NCBI GenBank assembly: GCA_038867895.1
Contig: JAWBXL010000001.1
Location: 19,334-83,333 of the forward strand
Direction of reading: 5' to 3'
DNA: 64,000 nucleotides
Source of the DNA: Candidatus Bathyarchaeia archaeon
Lineage (GTDB): Archaea > Thermoproteota > Bathyarchaeia > Bathyarchaeales > DTEX01
How positions within the stretch are numbered: position 1 is the first letter of the stretch; every line of letters starts with the position of its first letter. This document shows positions 54,167 to 63,838 of this stretch, piece after piece. Below the pieces are notes generated by a model, which saw nothing but the letters and a program-made list of their open reading frames with translations, ran no database searches and was not told the DNA's origin. A program made the translations under genes and the position numbers.

Positions 54167-54761
54167 TCTTGATCACGCCGTTCTATTCCCGCAATTTCTT
54201 TGATTTAAGGTTTATCAAACATATTCAATATTCATAAAATTCAACTCTTAAATATTTCATTTCGATGAGAAGATATTGCGAGGATGCGGATCCTATTATC
54301 AAGACGAATATAAATCAAGTTAATTCGTTAATTGAGGGTCTCGGAGAAATTTTTCCAATATGGGTGAAGTGCTCTCTTTGGGCTAATTGATGGAAAAGAG
54401 GTTCTTGTTGTTAAGGAAATTGAGCTTTCTCAGGAACAACTTGATTGAGATACTATCTGAGATGGATCCCGAAGAATTTTAGTGGAATTGATTAGGTCTG
54501 ATAGAACATTTAGGCTTTTTGCTCTAATCCGAGCGCTATAGAGCTTCTATCTCAGAGATAGATGTAGATTCATGAGGATAGACGTGACCTAAAAGCATAT
54601 GGCTATGGCTAATAATATTCATAATTAGACTATGACATTTCATCCCACATTGTTGTTGACGACAAATTATGCAGGATTCATATTAAAATATTAGATTTAT
54701 GGCTAAAAGATTAAAAAAGGATAAAAAGGTGATCTTTTAATAGGAGTGTTTGTGGTAGGCT

Positions 54762-55910
54762 TTGAGTAAAACGGGGAATCTGGTTGTTGTTAAGGTTGGA
54801 ACAAGCAGTATAACTAAGGATGATGGTAGCCTAGATTTGGATGCAATTCGTGAGCTTGTGGATCAGATTGCGGAGGCTGTTAACAGAGGCTATAAGATAA
54901 TTCTTGTAACCTCGGGTGCAATTGCCTCAGGATTGGCTGAGCTTGCCGTTAAACCGAAACCGAGTGATATAGTTTTTAAGCAGGCTTGCGCGGCGGTTGG
55001 CCAAGCAATTCTTATGGAGCATTACCGTCAACTCTTTAGACGTCATAACCTAAAGGTTGCTCAGATCCTTTTAACCCAAGATGATCTGGCGAATAGGGTT
55101 TCATATGTACATGTGTGTAATGTTCTTGATAGGCTGCTGAGTTTAGGCGTTATACCAATAATAAATGAGAATGATGTTACATCTGTCGATGAGATAATGC
55201 CTGTCATGAAGGGCTATAAGATTAACTTCAGCGATAATGATATACTCTCAGTTTTAATAGCGAATGCCGTTCAGGCGGATTTGATCATAATATTATCTGA
55301 TGTTGATGGACTTTATAATGCTAATCCGCTGGAGGAGAAAAACGCCAGAGTAATTCCTGTTGTCGAGAAGATAACTCCTGAGATTAAGGTGGCTGCAGAG
55401 GGTAAGAGCACGTTTGGTAGGGGTGGCATGAAGACTAAGCTAGAGGCAGCTGAAATAGCGATGCAGAGCGGGATCCCCCTAATAATTGCGAATAGCAGAA
55501 GAAAAAATGTAATTATAGATATCCTAAGGGGGGAGAAAGTGGGAACATACTTTAAGCCATCTGGCAGAATGCCGAGCATAAAAAGGTGGATAGCTTATGG
55601 AGCCGGGGCGAAGGGGGCCATCAAAGTTAATGAGGGAGCTAAACAAGCAATTCTTAATGGCGCAAGCCTACTGGCGGTTGGCATAGAATCCGTTGAGGGG
55701 CAATTTAAAATTGGCGACGTTATAAGTATCCTAGGTCCAGATGGAGAAGAGTTTGCGCGCGGCATAGTTAATTACTCGAGCGATGAGCTAAATCTAATTA
55801 AGGGCTTAAGAACCCCGCAAATAAAAAAGGTTTTAGGATATATTAGGAGAAAAGAAGTAATTGTTAGAAAGCTTATGTATGTGTTTGGTGGGGCTGAGAA
55901 GAATGAGTGA
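54762..55910 (+). CDS. proB: Glutamate 5-kinase with PUA domain
   Basis: 382-aa ORF with VVKVGTSSIT, SDNDILS and a C-terminal PUA segment. Confidence 0.9.
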   Translation: MSKTGNLVVVKVGTSSITKDDGSLDLDAIRELVDQIAEAVNRGYKIILVTSGAIASGLAELAVKPKPSDIVFKQACAAVGQAILMEHYRQLFRRHNLKVAQILLTQDDLANRVSYVHVCNVLDRLLSLGVIPIINENDVTSVDEIMPVMKGYKINFSDNDILSVLIANAVQADLIIILSDVDGLYNANPLEEKNARVIPVVEKITPEIKVAAEGKSTFGRGGMKTKLEAAEIAMQSGIPLIIANSRRKNVIIDILRGEKVGTYFKPSGRMPSIKRWIAYGAGAKGAIKVNEGAKQAILNGASLLAVGIESVEGQFKIGDVISILGPDGEEFARGIVNYSSDELNLIKGLRTPQIKKVLGYIRRKEVIVRKLMYVFGGAEKNE

Positions 55911-57168
55911 AGATGTGAGTAGCATAATTTTAAATATATGCAAGAAAGCTAAGGAGGCTTCATATATTCTGGCGAGGCTTCCAACTGAGGTTAAGAATAG
56001 AGCGCTGTATAATATGGCCGATGCATTGGAGACTCATGCCGACGAGATTCTGGAAGCCAATAAAAAGGATGTTGAGCTCTCTAGGGCGAGTGGTGTTAAA
56101 GAATCTCTTCTCGATAGGCTGATTCTAACTAAGTCAAGGATATCGAAGATGGCTCAATGTTTAAGGGAGATCGCCGAGTTGCCGGATCCGGTTGGCCAAA
56201 TAATTAAGACTTGGGTTAGACCTAACGGACTTATAATTGGGCAGATGAGAGTACCGCTGGGCGTGATCGCGGTGATATATGAGTCGCGTCCAGATGTTAC
56301 CTCTGATGCAACTGGAATATGCATAAAGTCCGGCAACGCAATTATATTGAGGGGTGGCTCAGAAGCCATAAACTCCAACATTATTATAGGGAGAATTTTG
56401 AGTGAGGCTGCAATGAAATCTGGGATACCTGATGGCGCGATACAGGTGGTTCCGACAACAGATAGGAGGGCGGCCCTTGAGCTCATGAGGATGAGAGACT
56501 ACATAGATGCTCTCATACCTAGAGGCGGGGCGGATCTTATTAGGGCAGTAGTAGAGAATGCAAAGGTTCCGGTTATTGAGACTGGAACTGGCAATTGTCA
56601 CATTTATGTTGAGAGTGATGCTGACATGGATATGGCAATAAAAATAATAATTAATGCTAAATGTCAGAGACCTGGAACATGTAACGCCGCTGAGAAGCTC
56701 CTTGTTCATAGAGATATAGCTCCGGTTTTCCTACCGAAGGTTATTAGTGCCCTGCGTGCACATGGCGTTGAGGTCAGGGGTTGCGAGGAGACTAGGAAGA
56801 TTGTTTCGGATGTTAAGCCTGCAACTGAGGAGGACTGGTACACAGAATACTTGGATCTGATTATTGGTGTTAAGGTTATAAGTGGCCTAGATGAGGCGAT
56901 AGCGCATATAAACAAGTATGGAACAAAGCACTCCGATGCTATAATCACGTCAGACTTCAATAAGGCTATCCGCTTTATTCGAGACGTTGATTCCGCAGCC
57001 GTATACTGGAATGCTTCAACACGCTTTACTGATGGAAACCAGTATGGGCTTGGCGCAGAAATAGGAATAAGCACGCAGAAGCTACATGCCCGCGGGCCGA
57101 TGAGCGTAGAGCACCTTACGAGTATTAAGTACTTTATTCTTGGCCGAGGGCATATAAGAGAATTATAG
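55903..57168 (+). CDS. proA: Gamma-glutamyl phosphate reductase
   Basis: The ATG at 55903 overlaps the proB stop (ATGAGTGA). Aldehyde-dehydrogenase-type motifs include VIYESRPDV and the GTCNAAE catalytic Cys region. Confidence 0.9.
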   Translation: MSEDVSSIILNICKKAKEASYILARLPTEVKNRALYNMADALETHADEILEANKKDVELSRASGVKESLLDRLILTKSRISKMAQCLREIAELPDPVGQIIKTWVRPNGLIIGQMRVPLGVIAVIYESRPDVTSDATGICIKSGNAIILRGGSEAINSNIIIGRILSEAAMKSGIPDGAIQVVPTTDRRAALELMRMRDYIDALIPRGGADLIRAVVENAKVPVIETGTGNCHIYVESDADMDMAIKIIINAKCQRPGTCNAAEKLLVHRDIAPVFLPKVISALRAHGVEVRGCEETRKIVSDVKPATEEDWYTEYLDLIIGVKVISGLDEAIAHINKYGTKHSDAIITSDFNKAIRFIRDVDSAAVYWNASTRFTDGNQYGLGAEIGISTQKLHARGPMSVEHLTSIKYFILGRGHIREL

Positions 57169-57234
57169 TCTTTGTTGATGCTTTTGTATCCACAACATTT
57201 AAGTTAAAATGCCTCTTGGCAGTGACAATATTTT

Positions 57235-57927
57235 ATGCTTACCGAAAAGGAGATTTTGATTGCAATTTTAAAGAATACACAGAAGGAAGACAATACCAGC
57301 ATCGAGGGCATCTCTAGGGAAGCAAGAGTGCCGCAGGCGATAGTTCTGGAGTTTCTAAGCGGGCTTTATAAAGCCGGACTTTTGAGAATAGATGGCGATA
57401 AAATATATGTTGATGGAGAGCAGCGCCTAAAAATCGCTGTTAAATCTATAGGTTTAGGAGCTGATGTTGAGAGAGTTGCAAGGCTTCTAACGTGGTCCGA
57501 GTTTGAGCAATTCTCAAAAGAATCGTTGGAATCAAACGGCTTCAAAGTCGCTATGAACTTTCGTTTTAAGTGGTTTGGAAGGAGATGGGAAATAGATTTG
57601 ATTGGCTTTAAGAGACCCCTAGTTATCTCAGCGGACTGTAAACACTGGCGCCGGGGGTGGAGTGGATCAGCTAGTATTGAGGCTGCTAAAAGCCAGGTTG
57701 AAAGGACGGGGGCTCTGGCCGAAGCGTCAAGACGCATTAAAAGCAGGGTCGGCATAGGTGAATGGGAATACGCTTATTTTGTGCCAGTAATCCTTTCGCT
57801 TTGTCCTTCACGACACAAATTCTATGAGGGAACACCAATAGTACCTATATTACAGCTTAACGATTTTCTCCAAAACCTTATAGCTTATTTAAATGAGGTG
57901 AACCACTTCTATATCCAGTATGTTTAA
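57235..57927 (+). CDS. Winged-helix + Mrr-cat/PD-(D/E)xK nuclease-like protein
   Basis: 230-aa ORF with an N-terminal wHTH. The C-terminal region FEQFSKESLESNGFKV...WEIDLIGFKRPLVISADCKHW matches a D...(D/E)xK pattern. Confidence 0.55.
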   Translation: MLTEKEILIAILKNTQKEDNTSIEGISREARVPQAIVLEFLSGLYKAGLLRIDGDKIYVDGEQRLKIAVKSIGLGADVERVARLLTWSEFEQFSKESLESNGFKVAMNFRFKWFGRRWEIDLIGFKRPLVISADCKHWRRGWSGSASIEAAKSQVERTGALAEASRRIKSRVGIGEWEYAYFVPVILSLCPSRHKFYEGTPIVPILQLNDFLQNLIAYLNEVNHFYIQYV

Positions 57928-57980
57928 GCCTTTTTTCTGGCAAAATCTTATAAAAATTTTAGGCAAACTCTTAATCTAGA

Positions 57981-58290
57981 ATGGTGAGAGTTGTATCACA
58001 GTTAAATGATGATCTTATTAGGATAGTGAATATTTCAATGCCCTTTCCAGCAAAGGTTATAAGGGCTTACTCACGTCTTGGAGTGGTCTTCACAAGCGGC
58101 GATTTAGCGAGGAAGGCTGGCATATCAAGCTCGACGGCCAAATATTATAAAAAAGATGGTTGAGATGCATATGATCTCAAAGTTTCCCTATAAGAAGAAA
58201 TATCAGAAGTATGCGAATGCCAAGAATTTCTTGGATTGGCTTATGGATCTGATCAGGCTTGTTATAAGGCCGCTTGAGGAAAAAAAGTAG
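57981..58290 (+). pseudogene. Small wHTH protein gene interrupted by a +1 frameshift in an A6 run
   Basis: Frame 1 (57981-58163) ends ...DLARKAGISSSTAKYYKKDG*. Removing one A from 58149-58154 gives ...KYYKKMVEMHMISKFPYKK...LEEKK* ending at 58290. Confidence 0.5.
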
Positions 58291-58396
58291 ATTTTATGGT
58301 GCTGGAAAATTGTCTCTTAGGGAGTTGGCTGCGAGGAAAGGGAGAAAGGGTGGTGGAAAGCGCGGTAGAGTTTTGACGTTAAGAGAAATTAGGAGG

Positions 58397-58762
58397 ATGA
58401 AGAAGCGGGGTTATCAGGCCGAGAGGGATCTGGTTAAGATGCTCCGTGGGATAGGATTCAGGTCTGTGAGGATTCCGGTCTCTGCGCCCAGTAGTGAGCC
58501 CCTACCAGACGTGTTTGCGGTGAAGAGTAATTGTATAGTGGCGTTTGAGGTTAAGGCTCCAAGCCATGGAAGAGCGTACTTCCCAAGGAATCAGGTGAAG
58601 AAGCTCTTTGATTTTTTGGGCATGTTTGATGCATATCCTGTCAGAATAGCTGTTTTGGTGGCGAGGTTTCCCCGCAAATGGATTTTTAAGCGGGTAGAAG
58701 ATATTGATGACTATTTTATCAGCAAGAATGAAACGGGCAACCTAAGGCTTGAAGCTATTTAG
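58397..58762 (+). CDS. hjc: Holliday junction resolvase Hjc
   Basis: From ATG 58397 the product reads MKKRGYQAERDLVKMLRGIGFRSVRIPVSAPSSEPLPDVFAVKSNCIVAFEVK, which matches the E...PD...E-x-K Hjc signature. The track ORF extends upstream to TTG 58274 with a K/R/G-rich tail. Confidence 0.8.
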   Translation: MKKRGYQAERDLVKMLRGIGFRSVRIPVSAPSSEPLPDVFAVKSNCIVAFEVKAPSHGRAYFPRNQVKKLFDFLGMFDAYPVRIAVLVARFPRKWIFKRVEDIDDYFISKNETGNLRLEAI

Positions 58763-58824
58763 AAGGGGATAAAGTTTATACTATCCTGTGCTTTTCTCTT
58801 ATTAAAAGCGGTGAATAACGTAAG

Positions 58825-59664
58825 TTGTCTCTTGAGATACAAGATCTAGAGGATCTCCTAAGAACCTTAATCCTTGTAGAATCAGGTAGGAGAGCAGTTT
58901 CCAAAAGTAGGCTAGAGCATCGAATAGAGAGCATTTGTGATGGGAATTTCTGCGTAGATAGAACGGATTTTAGTGAAACCCTTAGAAGCATGATTGAGGA
59001 AGGCCTGATTATTGATTATGGTGACTCTATTAGATTAACGAGGAAGGGTGCCAAGATAAGCTCTGAATGGAAGAATTTCCTTTACAGGGATGAGCCAATA
59101 CTGGAGATAGTTGTTGGCATAGCTGATGGATCAATTACTAGCCTTGTAGTGATAATTTCATCGCTTATAGCTGGCTTGGCTTCTAAAGTAGCGTTTATTG
59201 CCTCCATACTGAGCCTAGCAGTCGTTGCTTTAACAAACTTTTCAAGTTTCCTTCTAGGAGGGATAACGGAGGATCTAGCTGACCTAGAGACACTACAGAA
59301 CCTAATAACTTATAGTTTAAGCGATGTATCTGATGTTAACGAGAGGGAGAGGGCTCTATTATTAACTAGGGGAATCTTTAATCTACTGCGCGTTAAGAGA
59401 AGCAGGTCTAGTATAATAGCCTCATTAATCTGCGGTGTAACAACATTCATATCCGGCATGGTGCCCCTAGCGATCTTCCTGTTACTGCCCCATCCAATCG
59501 ATATGCTTCTCTCCCTACCCATAATTGGGGCGACGATCGGCTTCTTCCTAGTATATTATCGCTCCCGTAAAACAAGAATGCCATGGAAAATAATCCTTCT
59601 TCAGACGATCATAGTGATAGTTGTCGCCGTGGCAGTTTCATTGTTGCTTGGCACTCAAATATAA
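58825..59664 (+). CDS. VIT1/CCC1-family transporter with N-terminal wHTH-like extension
   Basis: 279-aa ORF. After about 95 aa comes the VIT-like membrane domain (EIVVGIADGSITSLVVIISSLIAGLAS, multiple TM helices). Confidence 0.65.
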   Translation: MSLEIQDLEDLLRTLILVESGRRAVSKSRLEHRIESICDGNFCVDRTDFSETLRSMIEEGLIIDYGDSIRLTRKGAKISSEWKNFLYRDEPILEIVVGIADGSITSLVVIISSLIAGLASKVAFIASILSLAVVALTNFSSFLLGGITEDLADLETLQNLITYSLSDVSDVNERERALLLTRGIFNLLRVKRSRSSIIASLICGVTTFISGMVPLAIFLLLPHPIDMLLSLPIIGATIGFFLVYYRSRKTRMPWKIILLQTIIVIVVAVAVSLLLGTQI

Positions 59665-59693
59665 GTTTGATCAGCATGGAAGGTGGATGATAT

Positions 59694-60812
59694 TTGAGTA
59701 AAAAATGCATCGGGCTAATTGTTAATCCAATAGCTGGGATGGGCGGATTGGTTGGCCTTAAGGGGACTGATGGAAAAGAGATATTAGAGAAAGCGCTGAG
59801 TTTGGGGGCAAAGCCTGTTGCGCCGGGAAGAGCTGAGACTTTTCTCTCGCATTTAAAGGATCTCATCGATGGAGAAATTGATTTATTGGTCGGTGCGGGG
59901 TGGATGGGCGAATTCGAAGCTCAGAAGGCTGGCTTTGAGTGTAGTGTAATGGGCCAGAGGAAGGAGAGGACTACGGCTAGAGACACAAAGGAGATATCTG
60001 AGAAGATGCTTGAGAGCAAGGTTAGCTTGCTAGTCTTCTGTGGAGGTGATGGAACCGCAAGGGATATACTTGATGTTATAGGATTACGCCTGCCAGCGCT
60101 GGGAGTTCCAAGTGGCGTTAAAATGCATAGTGCTGTCTTCGCAGCAACTCCAGAGGGCGCTGCTAGAGTTGTCTCCCGCTTTCTGCTGGAGGGGCTGCCG
60201 CTTAGGGAGACCGAGGTGATGGATGTTGATGAGGAGGCTTTTAGGGAGGGTCGCCTCTCAGCGAAACTCTATGGCTACATGCTTGTCCCCTATGAGCCAG
60301 AACTAATTCAGGGCATCAAAGAGACCAGCTTATCCACCGAGGATGAACTATATAATCAGGCAGCGATTGCCCTCTGCTTTATTGAGAAGATTATGGAGCC
60401 AGAAACGGTATATATTCTCGGTCCCGGGACGACCACTAGGGCTATAGCGGCGCTTCTGAATGAGAGGAAGACGTTGCTTGGGGTTGATTTACTCCTTAAT
60501 GGGAAGATCATTAGGCATGATGTCAGGGAGGCTGATATCCTAGAGGCCATTAAATCAAAGAGGGCTAAGATCGTTGTAACGCCTATCGGCGGGCAGGGCT
60601 TCATATTTGGTAGGGGGAACCAGCAGATAAGCCCGAGGGTTATTAGGAGCGTTGGCCCAGAGAACATAATAGTTATCGCAACAAAGCATAAGATTAGGGG
60701 CTTAAGTTGCCTGAGGGTTGATACTGGCGACCCGGAGCTTGATCAGATGTTGAGGGGCTACATGAGAGTGATAGTAGATTATGGTGAAGAATGCTTAATT
60801 CCAGTCAAATAG
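59694..60812 (+). CDS. ATP-NAD kinase-family protein (AcoX-like)
   Basis: 372-aa ORF with LLVFCGGDGTARD. Confidence 0.75.
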   Translation: MSKKCIGLIVNPIAGMGGLVGLKGTDGKEILEKALSLGAKPVAPGRAETFLSHLKDLIDGEIDLLVGAGWMGEFEAQKAGFECSVMGQRKERTTARDTKEISEKMLESKVSLLVFCGGDGTARDILDVIGLRLPALGVPSGVKMHSAVFAATPEGAARVVSRFLLEGLPLRETEVMDVDEEAFREGRLSAKLYGYMLVPYEPELIQGIKETSLSTEDELYNQAAIALCFIEKIMEPETVYILGPGTTTRAIAALLNERKTLLGVDLLLNGKIIRHDVREADILEAIKSKRAKIVVTPIGGQGFIFGRGNQQISPRVIRSVGPENIIVIATKHKIRGLSCLRVDTGDPELDQMLRGYMRVIVDYGEECLIPVK

Positions 60813-61875
60813 CGTGGAATGAATGGCTCTTCCTAGCATATTGGCCGCGTATATTTATGTGGAAACCGCACTTAGGGCACATTTTATCCTCAGTAACATT
60901 ATAGCGTACGACGCTGAAGCCATACCTCTTTACTAAGACTTCGTTGCAGTTTGGGCAGTAGGTGTGCTCGTACCTGTGGCCTGGAACATTACCCACATAA
61001 GCGTATAGCATGCCCATCTCCCTAGCCATTCTACATGCTTCCTCAAGGGTCCTTATGCTCGTTGCTGGCTTATCGAACTTATACGCCGGGTAGTATCTGG
61101 TGAAGTGGATGGGCGTGTCCGGACTGACCTCCTTAAGGGCCCTCTCAATTATCCATCTTAGACAATTCTCGTCATCGTTGACGCCCGTTATTACAAGGTT
61201 CACGAGTTCGATATGGAGACCCATCTTCTTGGCCTCCCTAGCGTTCCTCCAGATCCTATCGACATCTATTCCTCCGCAGAATTCCTTGTAGACCTCAGGA
61301 TCCCCCTTAATGTCAATTTTTAATCCATCCATACCGGACTCTCTGAGAGCTCTTAGGGTCTCGAGGGTCATGTAGCCGTTCGAGACGTAGCATGAATATA
61401 AACCCCTCTTAAAGCCGATCTTGAAGGTGTCGATGTTCCAGTCTGTTAGGAGAGTTGGCTCCTGGAAGCTTGAGCATAGACCCTCATCACTATATTTTAT
61501 GGCTAATTCCACTATATCCTCGGGCGGATAATACTCGGCTTTCTTCGGGTCTGGAGGGAACTTTGATAAAGTCCAGTTTTGGCACCATGGACATAGGAAG
61601 TTGCATGACCAGGTTGAGTACGTGAGGGCTGTTGATCCGGGCCAGTAGTGGAAGAATGGCTTTATCTCGATGGGCCTGCTCTCTATGGCGCTTAGGTCAC
61701 CATACACGACCGTGTAGAGCTTGCCATCAATGTTTAATCGTGTTTTGCAGAAGCCATACTCTCCGGAGGCAATCGTACACCTGCGCTCGCATAGTATGCA
61801 CTCAACCTTATCGTTGGGAGCCCTCTTATAGAAGATGGATTCCCGAACGCTGGGCAGCCTAAGAAACTCTTCCAA
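60805..61875 (-). CDS. AmmeMemoRadiSam-type radical SAM enzyme
   Basis: 356-aa ORF with N-terminal CILCERRC...GFCKTR, PIEIKPFFHYWPGS and cluster motif CNFLCPWCQNW. Confidence 0.85.
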   Translation of the reverse strand: MEEFLRLPSVRESIFYKRAPNDKVECILCERRCTIASGEYGFCKTRLNIDGKLYTVVYGDLSAIESRPIEIKPFFHYWPGSTALTYSTWSCNFLCPWCQNWTLSKFPPDPKKAEYYPPEDIVELAIKYSDEGLCSSFQEPTLLTDWNIDTFKIGFKRGLYSCYVSNGYMTLETLRALRESGMDGLKIDIKGDPEVYKEFCGGIDVDRIWRNAREAKKMGLHIELVNLVITGVNDDENCLRWIIERALKEVSPDTPIHFTRYYPAYKFDKPATSIRTLEEACRMAREMGMLYAYVGNVPGHRYEHTYCPNCNEVLVKRYGFSVVRYNVTEDKMCPKCGFHINIRGQYARKSHSFHAI

Positions 61876-61969
61876 CTTCCCTCAACCCAAAAATAAAATT
61901 GCCACATAATTAAACTTTATATTTCTTCAAGTCCTTAACTTTTGAATAATTTTTTGTGGTGGGCTTGCA

Positions 61970-63358
61970 ATGGCCGCTGTTAAGGTTAAGAATAGATGGG
62001 AGATCCTAAGAAATGCCATGTCCGAGGCCGACCGAAGGGTTAGGGAGATAATCCTAAACGCTATTGAAAGGGCTGTTGAGGCGTCCGACCCAAAAAATAT
62101 TGTTCGTTCAAGGGTTAAGGTTGTTAATGAGAAGCTTGTCATCGATGGAGGAAACTTTGACCTCAAATCCTTCAAGAGGATCTTTGTTGTGGGCGGCGGT
62201 AAGGCTAGTGGATACATGGCTGAGATTATAGAGGGGATCCTTGGCGATAGGATAAGCGATGGGGTGGTTGTTGTTCCACATGGAACTTCTGGGAAACTTA
62301 ACCTCAAGATCATTAGGGTTCATGAGGCTAGCCACCCAATCCCGGATGAAAGCAGCGTTGAGGGAGCCCGAAAAATCCTTGAGTTGGCGGGGGAGGCAGG
62401 CGAGTCCGATTTAATACTATGCTTAATATCCGGGGGAGGCTCAAGCTTAATGGCGTACCCGCGTGAAGGAGTATCCCTTGAGGACAAGAGGAGGATTACT
62501 GATATTCTTCTCAGGTGCGGCGCAAAGATAAATGAGATAAACGCCGTTAGAAAGCATCTTTCAAGGTTTAAGGGCGGACATTTAGCTAGGGCAGCATGCC
62601 CGGCGACAGTAATAAGCTTACTGCTATCAGATGTGATAGGCGATCCATTAGATGTTATAGCGTCCGGGCCGACTGTTCCAGACTCAACAAGATTCAGGGA
62701 TGCAATAGGCGTCCTAAAAAAATATGGTGTGTGGGATGATGTCCCAGAAACTGTTAGAGGTCTCTTGATTAGCGGGGATAAGGGCTTAGTTGAGGAGACC
62801 CCGAAGGCCGGGGATCCATGCTTTAAGAGGGTGCATAATTTTGTTATTGGGAATAATAGGCTTGCCTCCATGGCCGCAGTAGATGAGCTTAGAAGGGAGG
62901 GGTTAAACACGCTCCTATTGACGACTTATATGGAGGGTGAGGCGCGGGTTATAGGCTCTTTCATTGGCACAATAGCTAAAGAGATTATGGCTTCAGGGAA
63001 CCCTGTTAGGCGGCCAGCCGGAATAGTTGTTGGCGGTGAGACCACGGTTACGGTGACCGGAAAAGGAAGGGGCGGAAGGAACCAAGAAATAGCGTTGGCG
63101 TCAGCGCTACATATATCTGGCATGAGGGGCGTTGCCATAGCATCCTTCAGCACCGACGGCGTTGACGGGCCAACGGACGCGGCCGGCGCAATCGTGGATG
63201 GGGCAACAATCCAGCGCTCCAGAACTATGGGGCTCAGTCCAGAAGAGCACCTCCTCAACAACGACTCCTACAATTTCTTCAGGCAGCTGGGAGACCTCAT
63301 CTTCACCGGCCCAACCGGCACAAACGTCAATGATGTAACAATATTGATTGTTCTTTAG
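61970..63358 (+). CDS. Glycerate 2-kinase / hydroxypyruvate reductase (DUF4147 + MOFRL)
   Basis: 462-aa ORF with VVGGGKASGYMA, LISGGGSSLM, GGETTVTVTGKGRGGRNQE and FSTDGVDGPTDAAGA. Confidence 0.85.
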   Translation: MAAVKVKNRWEILRNAMSEADRRVREIILNAIERAVEASDPKNIVRSRVKVVNEKLVIDGGNFDLKSFKRIFVVGGGKASGYMAEIIEGILGDRISDGVVVVPHGTSGKLNLKIIRVHEASHPIPDESSVEGARKILELAGEAGESDLILCLISGGGSSLMAYPREGVSLEDKRRITDILLRCGAKINEINAVRKHLSRFKGGHLARAACPATVISLLLSDVIGDPLDVIASGPTVPDSTRFRDAIGVLKKYGVWDDVPETVRGLLISGDKGLVEETPKAGDPCFKRVHNFVIGNNRLASMAAVDELRREGLNTLLLTTYMEGEARVIGSFIGTIAKEIMASGNPVRRPAGIVVGGETTVTVTGKGRGGRNQEIALASALHISGMRGVAIASFSTDGVDGPTDAAGAIVDGATIQRSRTMGLSPEEHLLNNDSYNFFRQLGDLIFTGPTGTNVNDVTILIVL

Positions 63359-63475
63359 TGCAAGTTACTTTTTTGGAAGCCGTTAATGCTCTAGATATCA
63401 TTTCGACAGCGTTATATGGCGCCTCCATAAATCTTTAATATTTTTAACGATAAAAGTAAAAGTGCTGGGTTCTCT

Positions 63476-63796
63476 ATGGAGAGGATTGAGGGGCAGGTTT
63501 TAAGGCTCGCGGACCTGGTGGATTATCATGAAGGCTCTATAGTTGGTCGAGCTTTAATTGATAGGGCTGCTGGATCGGTAACCCTCTTCGCCTTTGATGA
63601 GGGGCAGGGTATAAGCGAGCATACTGTGCCCTATACGGCAATGGCCATTATACTCGACGGGCAGGCGAAAATAGCAATCGAGGGTAAACCACTAAATCTT
63701 ACTGAGGGCGAGATGGTGATTATGCCCGCTAATAAGCCCCACTCTGTGAAGGTCCCAAAGAGGTTCAAGATGCTATTAATAATGATTCGGTCATGA
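63476..63796 (+). CDS. Cupin-domain protein
   Basis: 106-aa ORF with GISEHTVPY...GEMVIMPANKPHSV. Confidence 0.75.
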   Translation: MERIEGQVLRLADLVDYHEGSIVGRALIDRAAGSVTLFAFDEGQGISEHTVPYTAMAIILDGQAKIAIEGKPLNLTEGEMVIMPANKPHSVKVPKRFKMLLIMIRS

Positions 63797-63838
63797 CGGA
63801 GACAACTCTTTTTCTGGCATGTAATGGATGTGGGCTTA

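Noticed and set aside
61927-63261. Antisense ORFs of 128, 196 and 111 aa opposite the glycerate kinase gene.
   Set aside because: The same shadow-frame effect applies in the most GC-rich part of the window. The sense-strand product has unambiguous MOFRL-family motifs.
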